From Tubulanus polymorphus (Eukaryota; Animalia; Nemertea): a stretch of DNA of 64,000 nt. Within the stretch, counting starts at the first letter, position 1. Every line of letters starts with the position of its first letter. Positions 24,604 to 39,170 of this stretch are shown here, one piece after another. The position numbers were made by a program, and so were the translations under genes. The stretch covers positions 4,432,600 to 4,496,599 of the forward strand of contig NC_134036.1 of NCBI RefSeq assembly GCF_964204645.1. The letters run 5' to 3'. The notes beneath the pieces were generated by a model. It worked only from the letters and a program-made list of their open reading frames with translations. It did no database searches and was not told where the DNA came from.

Positions 24604-27429
24604 TACCGGAACAAATACGATAGCGATGTCAGCCTTTTCCCTGCAGTGTGTGCGAGTACAGCACACTCACACACGCACGCCCGATGCCACGGCGGCTCGA
24701 TGCCACTGATCGCTGCTCGTTTTCGGAGCCAGAGGGATCAACAAATCCTTTCTCGACTCGTCGACGACGAAACGAACAACCGACGACGTCGACGACGACG
24801 ACGACGACACAAAAACGGATAATCCTCCGTCGTAACCATGACAACCGGCAAAAGAACAATACGGGTATTACGGTAAGCCGGGCTATTGCGCTCGGGTTCG
24901 TTCGTTCCGTGTACACCGAGACGACGACCGGAAAAAATCGCCGACAACGACGACGACGACGACAATGGCGAGTGAAAGGTTACGTACAGTTTACCATACG
25001 ATCTCGGAAACTTCTATTCATCGGCGATGAATGAAAAGATAACTTCGACGTAGAAAAGAAAGTTTTTTTGACGACGAAGTCGGTTCGGTATCCGGTTATC
25101 GTTTTTTTTTTTTTGTCAAGATGTTGGTACCAAATTTGCGCCCCCGATACTGCGCCTTCTACACTCGAAGACGGTGTCTCCAACTAGCGCTCGAATATCA
25201 TTTGACTGGTCGCCGGTCTCTTCCTTCTATTCTGACCGCGAAAGCAGGTGGCGCAGAATTGGACTGGCGACCAGTCTATCACACCATCAGGCGGATTTCA
25301 ATTCAACTCAACTGAAAAGACCATTCGTTGTATTAAAAGTCCTTACGGTCTGAGGCCAGTGTATATAAGATGAATAAAGCATATCAAAAATGATAGCATA
25401 CAAATCAAGCTGATAAGTGATATGATCGCAAGGAACCCCTTTTTTATCAAGAATCCAATCCGACCCGCATTCGAAAAAAATTACTATGACGTAAGCACGC
25501 GCACGACCTCTAAACCGTCGCCGAGAGACTATCGAAAATAAAGTACTAGCGTTTCCTTTTTCGTTTTTGTTTCTCAGTTGCCGTTTTGATGTTCAATCCG
25601 CTTTTTTCTCATTTCGTCGTCGTCGTCGTCGTTCATCTGAGCTTCGTCGTCTCTTGTGTCTCCGTTCCGGTGTAATCCCCCCGTCTGTTCCAGGGCTCGC
25701 CGTCGCTTTCTTCATCGGAGACGACTCGTCGTCGACGATACGGGCAGAACTTACCGTCGTCGACTATGAGGAGAACAATACGCCCGATCGGGTTGCTCGA
25801 CTCCGGTTACCGCGCGCCTGATCGCTAGCGCGCCGCGCGCGCACGGCGGCGATCCGGTTACTGCCGATGCGCCCGCGATTCCCTTGAAAAGCGCGTAGGC
25901 GCGCCGCGAACTGTTCTATCCGATATACTTTTTTTTTGAAATCTTATATTCTCCGCAAACTCCCCCCGAACCCCACTTTAATCCGAGGAGAATGAGATGA
26001 TGGATTTTTTTTTAGACGAATATGGCGAAATCGGAACGGACGGAAGGCTCCGATAAAAGTGTATACTTGGTAGAATATATAGAAATACCTCCTTCAAATT
26101 GTTAATCGACATAAGAATGTTGAAAACTGGTTAACGTAAAAAGCTGATGGTAAATAATTTTATGTCGACTTAAAAACAATTTGTCTCGGAAACTACTCCA
26201 AATAAGAAGTTGCAAGTAGTTAGCTTAATATTAAGATATTTCGTTTAACTTGTAATATTTAGTGGAAATAAATATATTATATCAAATTATCTAAACATCA
26301 GTTCTTGCACCGCAGGAATTCAAAGAAATTGCATGTGTAAGATGTTAAAAATCGAGGGGTTTAGACAATCGATGACTATTAAGTCGTGGGGCACCGTGAG
26401 GTTGAAGTGAGTGGAATGTGGAAACGGTGTAACGCCATTTAGAGGGCGCGTCGAGTGACACGACGCCGAAGAGCTAGGTATTTTGAGACAGTATCGTCGA
26501 GCGAAAAGGGCGGAAATTCAGTACCCAACATCGGTAACCGGATATACCGAAACGACTTCAACGTTAAACTTTCTACTTTACGTCAAAGTTTTCTAGTTAG
26601 AGTTGAGCAGGTATGACAACTATTTACATTGTCGTATGCAGGTCAAGCCCGCATTAAAAATAAAACACAACTTATTTTGCCTATCCGTACATCATAGTCT
26701 TTCTTGATAAGGCTGAATATTGACATCGGCGAAATCGACCGTACAATGCTGTAGAAATATATACGCCTTTTTTCACTTACGAAATTCTTAACGGTTTCGA
26801 TTCTGCAGTGGTTCAACATATCATAAGACCGCCCGAAAAAATCTTAAATGTCAGTTTGTCAGCTAATAGGGTAAGCCGTCCTGAATGAATTGGATTTTTC
26901 CTTCACTGTTATACGTATTAGCGTTGACGGGTACGCGCGACCTAAACCGCAGCGATGAAAGCAGTCACCGCCGCACCTGAGCACCGGCATCGAGAAAAAT
27001 AACCTCATACTTTGAATTAGAAACTCAAAGCCACATTTCAAACGGATATTTCATCTCGTCTGGCGTTCGTTAATTTCGAAAAGACGAAAACGTTTCAAAG
27101 GGTCTTCGGGTCTTCAGAAAAGTTCGCATGCCACAGCGCGCGCTGGACAGCCGCGCCGACTCAAACGCGAACGTTTTCGTTTCATGGATGAAAGAGAACG
27201 CGAAACAAAGTCGGATTCGAACCTAATTAGGCTAACCGGCGATGAACCAGTCGCCGACGTCTGGAAACCAGTCGCGACGTCGGCGTTTTTTAAGTTTCCT
27301 TTCGGAGAAAAATTGAAAGCGCTTCAAAGAAAATAATAATGCTAGTTACCATTAAGCAGGGGTGGAACGAATTGAAAAGGAATGAATGGACACATTAGCT
27401 GAAAGATTTGTCTAAATGGTGATTAGTGT

Positions 27430-28017
27430 ATGAATACCACGGTACAGGGGTCAGTTACTGAAAGGTTGTTTAATGTAAACCAGTGTTTAAATACCGCAGT
27501 ACAGGGGTCAGTTACTGAAAGGTTGTTTTATGTAAACCAGTGTTTAAATACCACGGTACAGGGGTCAGTTACTGAAAGGTCGTTTAATGTAAACCAGTGT
27601 TTAAATACCACGGTACAGGGGTCAGTTACTGAAAGGTCGTTTAATGTAAACCAGTGTTTAAATACCGCGGTACAGGGGTCAGTTACTGAAAGGTTGTTTA
27701 ATGTAAACCAGTGTTTAGATACCGCGGTACAGGGATCAGTTACTGAAAGGTTGTTTTATGTAAACCAGTGTTTAAATACCACGGTACAGGGGTCAGTTAC
27801 TGAAAGGCTGTTTAATATAAACCATTGTTTAAATACCGCGGTAGGAGTCATTTACTGGAAGGTTGTTTAATGTAAACCAGTGTTTGAATACCGCGGTACA
27901 TGTGTCAGTTTTTGAAAGGTTGTTAAATGTAAACCAGTGTTTAAATACCGAGGTACTGGGGTCAGTTATAGAAATGTTGTTTAATGTAAACCAATGTTTA
28001 AATACCGCGGTACAGGG
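27430..28017 (+). repeat. 57-bp tandem minisatellite, ~10 units (array 2 of 3)
   Basis: Same unit as 6826-7600. Confidence 0.95.
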
Positions 28018-29060
28018 ACCTTAGACTATTCTCTCTTGATTTCTATCAAATACTTCAAAACATTTCTATCTCGAGCAAACACGAGTTCGTTACAAATCTA
28101 ACCACGCACGGATCGGCTAATGAAAATTTTTCGAAAGGCGACGCGGCGAAAACGAAAATGAAAATCTATCGATTTCAAGTCGTTCGAGCGATATTCGCGA
28201 AAACCTCGCGCGCGAATGAGTAAGTCGGAGCCACAGATGAATAGAACGGCCGGCGGCATTTTTCGATAAAGCGCAAATATTGGGTGACACTAAAAGCCTT
28301 TTTCTTCCGGCTGAAAGTCGGCAAATACACGTCGATACAAACGACGTCGCTTTCAATATTCGCGTCGACGACCTTCAGCGGTTTTCAGCCGGGCTTCAAA
28401 TCGACGAATAAACGTTGTTTTTTCTTGACGCGCGCGCGCTCAAACAAACCGAACAACGCTTTACTACGCAGTCGTAATAGATTAATTTCTGAGCTTAAAT
28501 GATGCCAATTCTCCGTTTGAAAGACGCCGTGACTGGTTGTACTTTGTCTATATATAGTTACTGATTCTATAAGATTACGCGCTTCCTAGTAGCTTCGTCA
28601 TATAGTGAACGCGAAATGTCGTTTACCTGACCAAGCTAATCTACGCAGTGAACTACGACGAAAATGCGTGTGTAATTTCCAATCAAAATAGCTAATCTAC
28701 CCATTTACGAGTTTATCGATTTGATACCCAGTCGACACGGCTCTTCGCTACAAGGAATTCATTGAAGAAAATCAAAATGGCTTGAACATATATGAAATCA
28801 TATATTTTCGAACAACCACTGCCGGCAGACTGACTATCGGACGGACGACTGACCAACTGCCTCCCTCCCTATTCCAAAGTATTCCAAATCTATCAATTGG
28901 TATTCATATTAACTGACAAACAGTTTCGGCATCTTTAAGTACCTCATAGAGGCCAGTATAATAATCATTCATAAAATACTGTATCAGTGCAGTGGCGATA
29001 ATGCGGCAGAGAATCCCACAATAATAACGAAAAATGTAATTATATGTAAAGAATGATTCG

Positions 29061-29093
29061 TATTCCCGAAGATGACTGTCGAAACGTCGAATA
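29061..29093 (+). ncRNA. Minimal hammerhead-like motif (Penelope type), probably a decayed remnant
   Basis: TATTC-CCGAAGA-T-GAC-T-GTC-GAAAC-GTC-GAATA; same family as 555-745. Confidence 0.45.
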
Positions 29094-30189
29094 AACTCCT
29101 ACCACAAGGGAACTTTTCTTCTTTAGATTTTAAATTATTGTCTCGTTGTTGTTGTAGGGAATTTTCTGCCTACTATATTCGGCCTGTATGCTTGCGCTAT
29201 CATCAGTACCCACAAATCCATGATCTTTAATGGAATATCTAGCCTGCACATGAAGACGCCATTAGGCTAAGAAAATTGATACCAACGTGTTTGTCCTTTC
29301 TGCTGAGCTTCGAAATTCACATGGCCGTGCATCTATCTACCCTGTACATTACTTGTTTTTTTTTTTTCAAATCATGATATCAAGCTAACAGTAACAGACC
29401 CGGCAGTCATAGATATGAACTAATTAGAAATTCTTTTAAAGTTTACGAAATGACCCGGCCGATTAGGAGAAACAGGGAATATCGTGAATTTTTTGTCGTA
29501 GATATCGAATAATTAAGTCTGCTAATATTCAGTCAGAGTTATAGTCGTTTTAGTTCAATAATGCATTTGAACCGCGTTTTAACTTCAACATAAAGAAACG
29601 CCATCGCGATCGTTGACACTATCGCACGCGCGCGCGACGAGGTGCTGGCTGGCAGTCGCTCGGCGTGTGGAAGCCGACTTCAAACGCGAGAGGTGGCATA
29701 TTTAATTAACTGATACGACGCTATTTCTTTTTCGAGACGGTCGTCGCGGCGAAAGAAACATCGTCGCACGACGGGCGCATTGTGCGACGTTTCGTTTGAT
29801 GATTCTTTTTTTAGAAAGATTAGCGACGAATTAGAGACACGTCTCAAGCTCTTGTAGGCTGTGACCGCTGAATATGCGCTGTGGTAGGAAGGAGTCAATG
29901 TGGTTCTGTCCTAGGGGTGCAATGCCTTCTTTGACTGCGGCCTTAATAAATTGCTAGATATATATTATGCGCCCGTTGTCCTTATTTGAAGATAGATTCT
30001 ATAATCACGCAGGGCGAAATTGGAGCAAGTAACGCCACTACTTGGAAGGCCGGTAGGTAAACAAAAAGCATACACCCTACCTAATACGCTTCACCGACAC
30101 GAATCAGAGACGCCGTCAACAAAACGCAGTAAACATATCAAGATAAAGATTATTGCAGTCGTGGACTGATATAACACCGTAAACTTCAT

Positions 30190-30290
30190 CTGTACTTCGA
30201 TTTCCGATTTCAAAATCACCCCCCCCCCCCCGTTTCGCACCCGGCAGGTGTGGTGTGTTTGTAAGGGACACGCAATCAAAAAAGAAAAAA
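30190..30290 (+). repeat. ~90-bp dispersed repeat (other copies at 45238-45325 +, 36285-36375 -, 52498-52590 -)
   Basis: gtacttcgatttccgatttcaaaatc...cccggcaggtgtggtg...gtaagggacac. Confidence 0.8.
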
Positions 30291-30399
30291 GATCAAACGA
30301 AATCTACCAACTAAATAAATAACAGGGGCAATCAACCCCTATTTCAAGATGAAAAAAAAACATATACCGTTAATTTCAATCAATATATAGAGGGCAGCA

Positions 30400-30880
30400 A
30401 CTTACTGTTTGTCACGATCTCAATACTATTTCCACTAATGGTATTTTCCATCTTCCTGTACGATGGCAATAAACACCTTCCGCATTGTAATGGAACTTAT
30501 ATTTCTAATGAGTCATATTTTATCATTCATTGTCCTTTGTAAAGAGGATTTTTACCTGACATTTTTACCTCACCGAATGATCTAAATTATGAAAGTGATC
30601 GATCTCTATGCAATCACCTAAAAATCTTGCTAATTTTTTTGTAATTGAAATTTATTGAAAATTTCATTCATCTACAGAATAATTTTCCTCAAGTATTTTT
30701 TTTTCAGTGTTTAGTTTAGCGTTTGTTTTAATGTAAGTATATTAGCTACCCTCTGTTAGTTCAGTTTGTTGCTCAAAACATGTCGATAATGTGTTATAGG
30801 AATTTGTAAATTTTCTAAAGTGTTATTATAATAATGTCTCGTGAAATCCCGTAATGGGTTGAGTGCAAATAAGATTAACA
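30400..30880 (+). mobile_element. Possible decayed 3' end of a non-LTR retrotransposon
   Basis: The translation KHLPHCNGTYISNESYFIIHCPL resembles the C-terminal Cys/His motif of LINE ORF2, and is followed by a T-rich tail ending in aataa. Confidence 0.35.
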
Positions 30881-31459
30881 GTTTAATAAAGATGCGCTGA
30901 GTTTAATAGAAAATGTGATACGGATGGGCCGACCGAATCTTCTCGAAAGGAAAGGGCCGAATTCGGACTGTGTTGGATGATATTCAACCTCAGCCGTCGG
31001 TAAAACCCTTTCTAAAAAGGTCATCGACGAATCGTTATCGTCGCACGGGGGGATTATCCGTAAACGCGTGTGCAGACGCGAGCTTTTTAATCATAGATGG
31101 CTCGGCCGATATAATGGAAGCTATAATCCGAGCGGCGTTTTCATAATTCCATCAACCGGAATATCCGTTACAAAACTAAGTAGCATTTCCACCACCGAAC
31201 GAAGACTGAAACGGTTGCGGGTTGCTGATGCCCGCACGACCGTCTAATGGTAATTCCCGTTGTTTCCGCGTACAAAATAATGCGGATGACCCTCTATACG
31301 GCAAGTTAAATCGGATGGCGCCGTCGACCACAATCATAGTCGTCCCTGGATCATCCGTCGTGCTTTGAACTCGGGATTCGAACCCGATTATGTTGTGAGA
31401 CGCCGCAACACAAAACCTTGCCCCATACTTGACCCGTCATCCGTAGCAGTGGAATTCGA

Positions 31460-31795
31460 ATCCGGTGACATCGCCAGACTCTGCCAGGTTCCCACCTCGC
31501 AGGGATTCGAGACCTGATGGCATCGCGAGACTCTGCCACATTCATCCCTCGCAGGGATTCGAACCTGATGGCATCGTGAGACTCTGCCACGTTCATCCCT
31601 CGCAGGGATTCAAACCTGATGACATCGCGAGACTCCGACACGTTCCTCCTTCACAACAGGGATGCGAACCTGATGGCATCGCGAGACTCCGACACGTTCC
31701 TCCTTCACAACACGGATGCGAACCTTATGGCATCGTGAGACTCTGCCACGCTCATCCCTCGCAGGGATTCGAACCTGATGGCATCGCGAGACTCA
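31460..31795 (+). repeat. 51-bp minisatellite, ~6.5 units
   Basis: Unit gcagggattcgaacctgatggcatcgcgagactctgccacgttcatccctc. Confidence 0.92.
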
Positions 31796-33294
31796 TATCT
31801 GTAAGGTCACTCGAAAGCATCGCATGGGAGCGCGACCGCGTGGTAAGTATAATCGAGCGGGAGAAAAGACAAATCATAAAAACGTGATTAAGACTCGTTC
31901 GTTTCATTCGAATTCGAAGATGAAATTGGACGTAAGTAATTCGATTGAAGGACGGCCGGCACGCATAAAAAGGTCGCCGCAGAACGGGCGCTTATCAAAG
32001 AACCCGGAAGATTGTATTCTTTCTATAATGACCAGGACGCGATAATTGCGCGTTTCTGGCAGACGGCAACGTTTTAATCTCGTTCTCAATTACGCCGATA
32101 ATTATGGCAATATGAAATAGCGGTCGTGAACTCGGCCCGATTCCTGCTCGCCGATCAACGACGGGGGCGGGCGCAAGTTACGAATACGAATGCGAATATT
32201 CATAAAACTCCGACCATTTCTATTGTATATTGGGGGTAATAGTGGAAGATTGCTTACGGTCCAGTTGCAAAGAAAACAAAAAATAAAAGTATTTTAAACA
32301 TAGAAAACGTTATGGGCAACGATATACTTACTATTGGAGGGATCTATATATATATATTAAGAACGATTTTGATGAATTAAGCCGGTTTCAAAGTTGTATT
32401 TTTTAATACATCATTTCCTAAAGGTATATTCAACTTTTTAAGTACTTATCATGGAATTCGGTAAGTAAGTTGCGATCAAAAATAAAATGCAGCTCGTCGC
32501 CTAAAACGTCGCCAACAGGGAATAATCTATCGATCCAAAAACCCTCGACCTAACGCCCGTCTTTAAGATGACTAACATATCGTCGGCGGAGGTCTTGAAA
32601 TACTGGATTTTTGCCAGTTACGTTGCTTAAAGGAGAGCCCATATTCGCTGAACTGAGACCGTCTCGGAACACGCTGATTCCACTGGTATGACCAAAAATG
32701 GAAAAATATCGAATTCTTTGGTGGTGTTATGAGTAATCGTACTGGCGCCTCTAACTAATCATTCGCTTTTTGAATTTCTACACATCCATATATGCAATTA
32801 ATTCGCGCCAGGCGTTGATTTTTACTACGTATTCTCGCGTTCTCGCCCGCTCCGGTGTCGGGACGGCCGAAAAAACAGCGCGCGCTTTCGCGACAAAACC
32901 CGCTTAGCAATATCGAATTTCACGTAACGGCGACGTTCGATTCGAATTTCTCGCATCTAGTCGATTAGATCGCGCCTAAACCGCCACACATAGTATCGGG
33001 ACGCCGCTATTGTCCGACGCTTCGGCGACTAATTAGAAACGTTTCGTCGAATCGTCGAAGATTAAAATCTGATATCGGAGATCGTTGATGAGAGACACTC
33101 TTTCTTTGTGTCCGCGTCGCAACGCCGGTTTATAAAATTGCGTAGTGAAAAAGTAACACGAGCCCGGACGAAGTAAGTAAGTTTCCTCCAACCGTGTTAA
33201 AACCGGGTTATAGTTTCTCGCAACTTTGTTCGCCTAGTGTGTTACGCGCACGACATGTAAAGTTGTAAAACTAACTAATATAGTTAGTCTACAC

Positions 33295-33407
33295 GATCCA
33301 GTTCTACAGATCCGAGTCAAGATTTGACTCTTGAGTTCACTCATTGAAAATGAACTAATTCCAACCCAGAGTTAACTGTAACTCACAACTGTAGAACTGG
33401 CCCCGGG
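33295..33407. mobile_element. ~100-bp MITE (relatives at 49925-50042, 53433-53530, 15415-15480)
   Basis: ccagttctacag ... ctgtagaactgg termini, with shared internal cattgaaaatgaact and ttaactc motifs. Confidence 0.65.
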
Positions 33408-36400
33408 TTAACACCCTGTTTCGATGCGATAGTAGTTTCCTTTAATCACTGTGCTTATCCTAAATAGCGCTCGATCTATATTTAGCTGCTGATAAAAACC
33501 CTAAAATTCTTGGCTACGTATATACGGCCATGAAGACCCTACCCTGTATGGCGCGTTGAATTGAGCAATATTGGTTGAACGATTCCAATTTTCCCATAAA
33601 CATTGTCTTGAAGATGTTGTCTTTAATGGTTATAGCATGACAGGACGATGATCACGAAAAGCCAGCTATCAATTTAGAATAAATCCAGGCTTCATGTGTC
33701 TTTGACGATTGTGCATTTAAGTGAAATGAAATAACAGGATAATGGTTATGATGAAGAGCACCTAATTAATCTAGAATAATTCCTGAAGATGGCGCATTCC
33801 GCAGTAGCTATAGAATAATGAAATGAGCTACACGCACGCGATCGCGCATCATCGAAAAACCACCGATGCTGAAACTAATTGGAGCAACCATTGCTATATA
33901 CTCCACATAGCTCAAACGAAAACACTCGCCGGGTAGCTATCAGCGCGAAACCGCTAAAACAGCGAAAGACGAGACGCGAATTACGCGCCGTTTCGTGTGT
34001 TTAGTCTGTTAGCAATTTAGACCAACGCGGTTCGATAAACTCGATTAACGATAACTTAACTATACAGCGCGCGCGAGAGCGAGAGTGAGAGAGTGGAGGG
34101 CAATTCGTTTCAACGCCGACGAGTGATGTTTTACAAAGCTGGTTCGATTAGCCCCCGATCTATCACACCTGAACAAGAAGACCGATGTTTTACTGCGGCG
34201 AACTGCGAACTTACATCTTTCAGATTCGCATCTGCGTGTTAGTACGTACAGTTTATATATGATCGTCATCTTCATCGGATTTGCGGCGAGGAGGCCTTAA
34301 TTCGACTTTGCGCCTATAGCCCGTCTTTAGAGCATGGGCGTTATCTTTTACTTTGTAACAAAATTGCAAAGTTAAGATGTAGTCGCCTAGCTAGTCGCAA
34401 TATTTTGGTTCAGATAAATTATAATGTTTCGATGCTTGTTTCTTCGTTGTATCGCCGAGGTAACCGAAGCTTGGCGAATAAATCTTTTGTTTTTTTTTTT
34501 TGACGAGCGATTTTCGTATATATATATAGAGGAAAGGTGGCGAGAGGCACAGTTTTTTTTTTTAGTAAACCTTCGGGAGGATTAGCCGCACGCCAGCCGT
34601 TCTCACTGAGCCGGATAGAAGGGAAGGGAGGGAGGGAAACAGCGCGAGAGAGAGCTGATTAAAACATAAGCTTAACAACGAGAACATGTGTAACACCGCC
34701 GCAAACAACAGGGGTCGAGCGAGAGCGAGCTAAACAAATACAGACGCGTTAAAACGCCGCATCGATGCCGGTCGGGATCACGCCTTATACGCGCGCGCGC
34801 TTGATCGTCGGAACAATATATCGGATGGATGGGCCTGCGGTATAAGAAACGTTACTCCGAAATATATGCCGAGATGGTGAAAATATCGTAGCAAATCTAT
34901 GAATTCCGGATTGGCAAATCGATCATTTCAGAACTTTTTAAATCAATACTCGAATTCCCTTTTGTTGATCACAGGGGATCGTTTTTCTGTCAGGCTACAA
35001 GAAAATTCCCGCATTTTGGAAGATGGATTTTTTTTCAATTTGAGCGGGGCCTATCGTTGTTGGGTTCGTTTTTCTGTTGTAAAAACAGTTGTTTGCCGAT
35101 TGCTATAGATCAGGATTTGCATCGATTCGACGCTTCACTTACACAAACTCAACAGTCACACCTCCCGCCGCTGCTGCAGCGAAACAGGCGTCTCGATGTA
35201 GAAATCGTAAATCGCGAAGCGCGCAGATCGTCGCGCGCGATCGCGGTCGAATTTCAGAGTAATACTAGACGCTGATTCTGTACGCCACAATCCGGCGTCC
35301 GCAATCGCGGCTTAAGATATTAATGATACGAATACGATTTTCTTAAATCATTCTTCGCACCCGGTAATATAGGTAACTGGATACTGCTAATAATACGACG
35401 ACAATACGGCCGTATTACTATTGATATGGTATACCCAATTCTTCAATAATCTTGCGCGCGCGCGACTTCTGTACGCGATATATCTACGCGATTCTAATTA
35501 GGAATTTCTAATTACCGAAAAGCGCCCGGTAGATTTGCCGGTGGTGCACAAAGCTTCTTTAAACGGCGTTCATAAATCGGTTTAATTCGTATATAATTCT
35601 CTTTCCTAACGAGAGCGAGCGAGCGCGCGGGATCTAACCCGACACCCGCGGGGTGTTCACTGTAAGTCTATACACATCCTCTGCGGGTATATCTGCGCAT
35701 TTTCACTGATCCGTATTCATTTCTATCTCAGCATTGTCGTTTCTAAAACGACCCCGCAAGCAGCGGTTTCGTATGAACGTATCATTTTTTTTCATTACTT
35801 TAGAAAAAACCTAGCCAGATTTATTCAATTCGCCGCGAAATCATAAACAGATCGCTATACGGCTGGATTCGATTCGTCGGTGGCGCACCTGGTGGATCCT
35901 CGCTTGCCGCGGATAGTTTTTTTTCTATCATATAAATACGTCTTTATTTTCTACGCGTTGGATAACGATTTTCGATTTACGCAATGCTGGTTCCTATGAA
36001 ACGCTCTATTCTTAATTTAATCTTAAGTTCTTTCAAACATTTTTTTTGTCCTTTAAAATAGATTCCTCACCGACAATAGAAAAGACACCGAAATGTTTCC
36101 CTAAGCGAACACCTGATTTTATCTTTTAACACGGAAAGAGTGACAATCTCTTTGATGATGAAAAAATGGATTATCTATCTTATGATTGATTCAATTTCAT
36201 GAGCAAAATCCACAGCTAACTGTTTTTAGTTTCTTCGATTATGAAGTTTTGTCAAAACTATACCTGTCTTATTCGGTTTTTTTGTTGTTGATTTGGTGCC
36301 CATTTATAACAAACCCACCACACCTGCCGGGACCGAAACAGAGGGTTTGATTTCGAAATCGGAATCCGAAGCGCGGCAGCAGAGCCACACAATCGGTCGA

Positions 36401-38559
36401 ATTTACATAATTTCTGTCAAAATCGAAGTACCCTAATCGGAAATATCGGTTTCCATGTTCATCATTTTTTTCCTCAGCATCTTGTTCGACATTAACAGGA
36501 ATAAAGTCGAGTAATCGTCGGCGATGAGAGTCCGTTAAAAATACGGCCCCGTATCGCGGCGCGCGTGTCTCCGCATTTTTTCGACACCGATTCGCCCTTC
36601 AAATGAAGCCAATAGCGACACGTATATACTGTTCGTTAGATTCGCTTAGGATGCGACGACGCACGAACAACACAGATCGCTGTGTGCATAGCGGCTCGAA
36701 CGAACATCACATCCACTATATCGCCATTCACTTAACTACACTAGCTCGAGGAAGCATTTTCGGACTTTGTTTTCTCGTTATCATCATGTGGGAATCCCTC
36801 TTTATTATACCCACCAATCTAAAATCCCACACCGAGAGAATGGTTGAAAATAGAAAATTAAGTCCGAAATGTTTCCTTTTTTCTATATTTTTTCTAATCA
36901 TTATTATATTAATTATGTATATATTCGACTTTATTTTTATTACGCATTCTACTACAAACACGCAATCATCTTTTCAACGCGGAGTAAACTCGCTGAAAAT
37001 CATTTCGTAGCCGACGTAACGCGTTAAAATGACGTTTACTTTCTAAAAAGGTAAATATGCCTTTTTGTGTCTCGCGCTGAAAGGTAAATTTTGTTCAACG
37101 GTAGAAGGGAAACGCGTTTAAAGGCCCGGAAGCCGGTTACACGCAGTCGTCGCAGAGTTAAGACTGGTAATAATGATAGTCGTAAAAAACCGTATAAGGC
37201 AACAACGGTTTCAGGCTCAGAAATTACCATGCGTTAGTTCCTATTGCATCTTAAACATGTCGTATCAAGGCCCAACAGTTGAATCTTGATAAAACAAATT
37301 TGGATCCCGTTCACCAGTCATCTCCTAAGTCATGTAACCGAAAAGTGTTTAGGACCTAGTTTTGACAGTTGGCGCACTGGGCCCACTATTTGAACAGCGC
37401 AACTCGACCCCCATACTAACATTGTACCCGAACTATATCCAGATCGTACCCCTATAACGGCCGATCTAACGACTCGATAACAGTCTTAAGATTTTCAGAC
37501 CACACTTGCAACACCGGACTATGTTATCCGTTTTCGAACGTGTCGTCGTCGTCGGCGCATCGAATTTCGATTCAGCCGCCGCGAAGACCTTGAACGACGG
37601 AACGTTGTGATGGACTCCGACGCGAAAAACGATTCGATTTTGTCGACCTCCCGCAGCGCGCGCGGCGGCTCCGCGATCGACGACGAATTTCGAATTGGAT
37701 ACACGTCGATATTTGATTATATACGACGAGGTTGAAGCGATCTGACACGTCGACACTTTCAGACATTCGCGCGGTAAAACCGCCATTGTTATTATGGCAT
37801 ATACTAACAGTCCGGTCTTTGATTTAAGCGATGGTTGGGTTACTGGTTTCAAGACCTTTAAATACATTTTTTTAAATACATTTCAATTATGACATCAAAA
37901 AACACTGTGATTTCAACTTGAGGTGATATTATACACAACGAAATCGTAGCAAATGAAACGAGCGTAAATCATGAGTCTTTTAATTTCACTAATCTTTACG
38001 GGCAATATGAATTCAGGATTTAAGATAATCGAACGATTCCACGCTCTAAAATGTGCAATTTTATATCACAAGCTAAAGTAACTACTTTTTTTCGAAAACG
38101 CGACCTGATGCACCAGCTGAAACGCATATTTCGCGGAAGAAAAAAAATTTATTTCAAGTCGCCTTTTTTCGACCTGGGCTTTCACAGAGAGTTCATCATC
38201 TCGAGGAAACTCGCTCGGATCTCCCAGACCCCCCCCCCGCGACGTTGCGTTATGTAATTGATTTCCGCGAAACGGAAAAAAGTCGAGTCGAGTCGACGCA
38301 AAACACGTGTCGAAGCCGCGCGCAAGCCGTGAACGAACCGAACCGGAAGTATACACGAGTTTCATCGGGATATTCTTGCCGATGATTTTGTCACGACTGG
38401 CGCTCCGTATAAACGCGCTGGTTAACGGTGCGTGTGTAATGACGTCACCACCGGTGAAGACGACGATGTTTTCCGTTTTTTTGTTTTCTCGGAAAGATTC
38501 GGCCGAATGAATGATAACAATATTTTTATGATGTCGTGCGCGCTGGATGAGGAGAGTTA

Positions 38560-39170
38560 TAAAGGAAGCGAGGACGAGAGTTAGATGAGCAAAGGGTGAT
38601 GGGAATATAGGAAAAGGAAGGCTGGGACGGAGAAGAAAGAGAGCAATGGAGAGGGAGTGAGAACAAAGTAAGATGAATAGGTTAATAATGGCTAAGAGGA
38701 GAGACTTGTAGAGGGAGTGAGTGAGAGAGAGAGGGGATGCGAGAGAGAGAGGAGAGAGAGGGAGAGGGAGTGAGGTAGAGCGGAAGAGAGAGTGAGTGAG
38801 TGAGAGTGAGTGAGAGAGAGGGAAAGGTTAAGATAAAGGATTGGAAAGAGACGGGTTTGTAGAGTGATCAGATTTAGCTGACGAGGGGAGTGAAGTTAAG
38901 GAGAGAGACTATAATAAGGAGGTCAGAAAAAGCTGGCAAATTGTGTTGAAAAAAACAAACGAGGGTGGGAAAAGTCAGGTAGTTGGAATGCGCAGCGGCG
39001 TGTGAGCTGAAATCAAGAATAGGAAGAAGGCAGGGGAGAATGCGGGAGGAGGAACGCAGGTAGTGGGGATAGGCAGGAATGGTAAATGGCGGAGAAGGGA
39101 GAAGAAAAGCATAGGACAAGTATGGATTATGATAGAGGAATGGTAAGGGACGGGATGGTGTCGCGAGCGT
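38560..39170 (+). repeat. GA-rich low-complexity tract
   Basis: About 600 bp purine-biased, including (GA)n and (GAGT)n. Confidence 0.85.
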
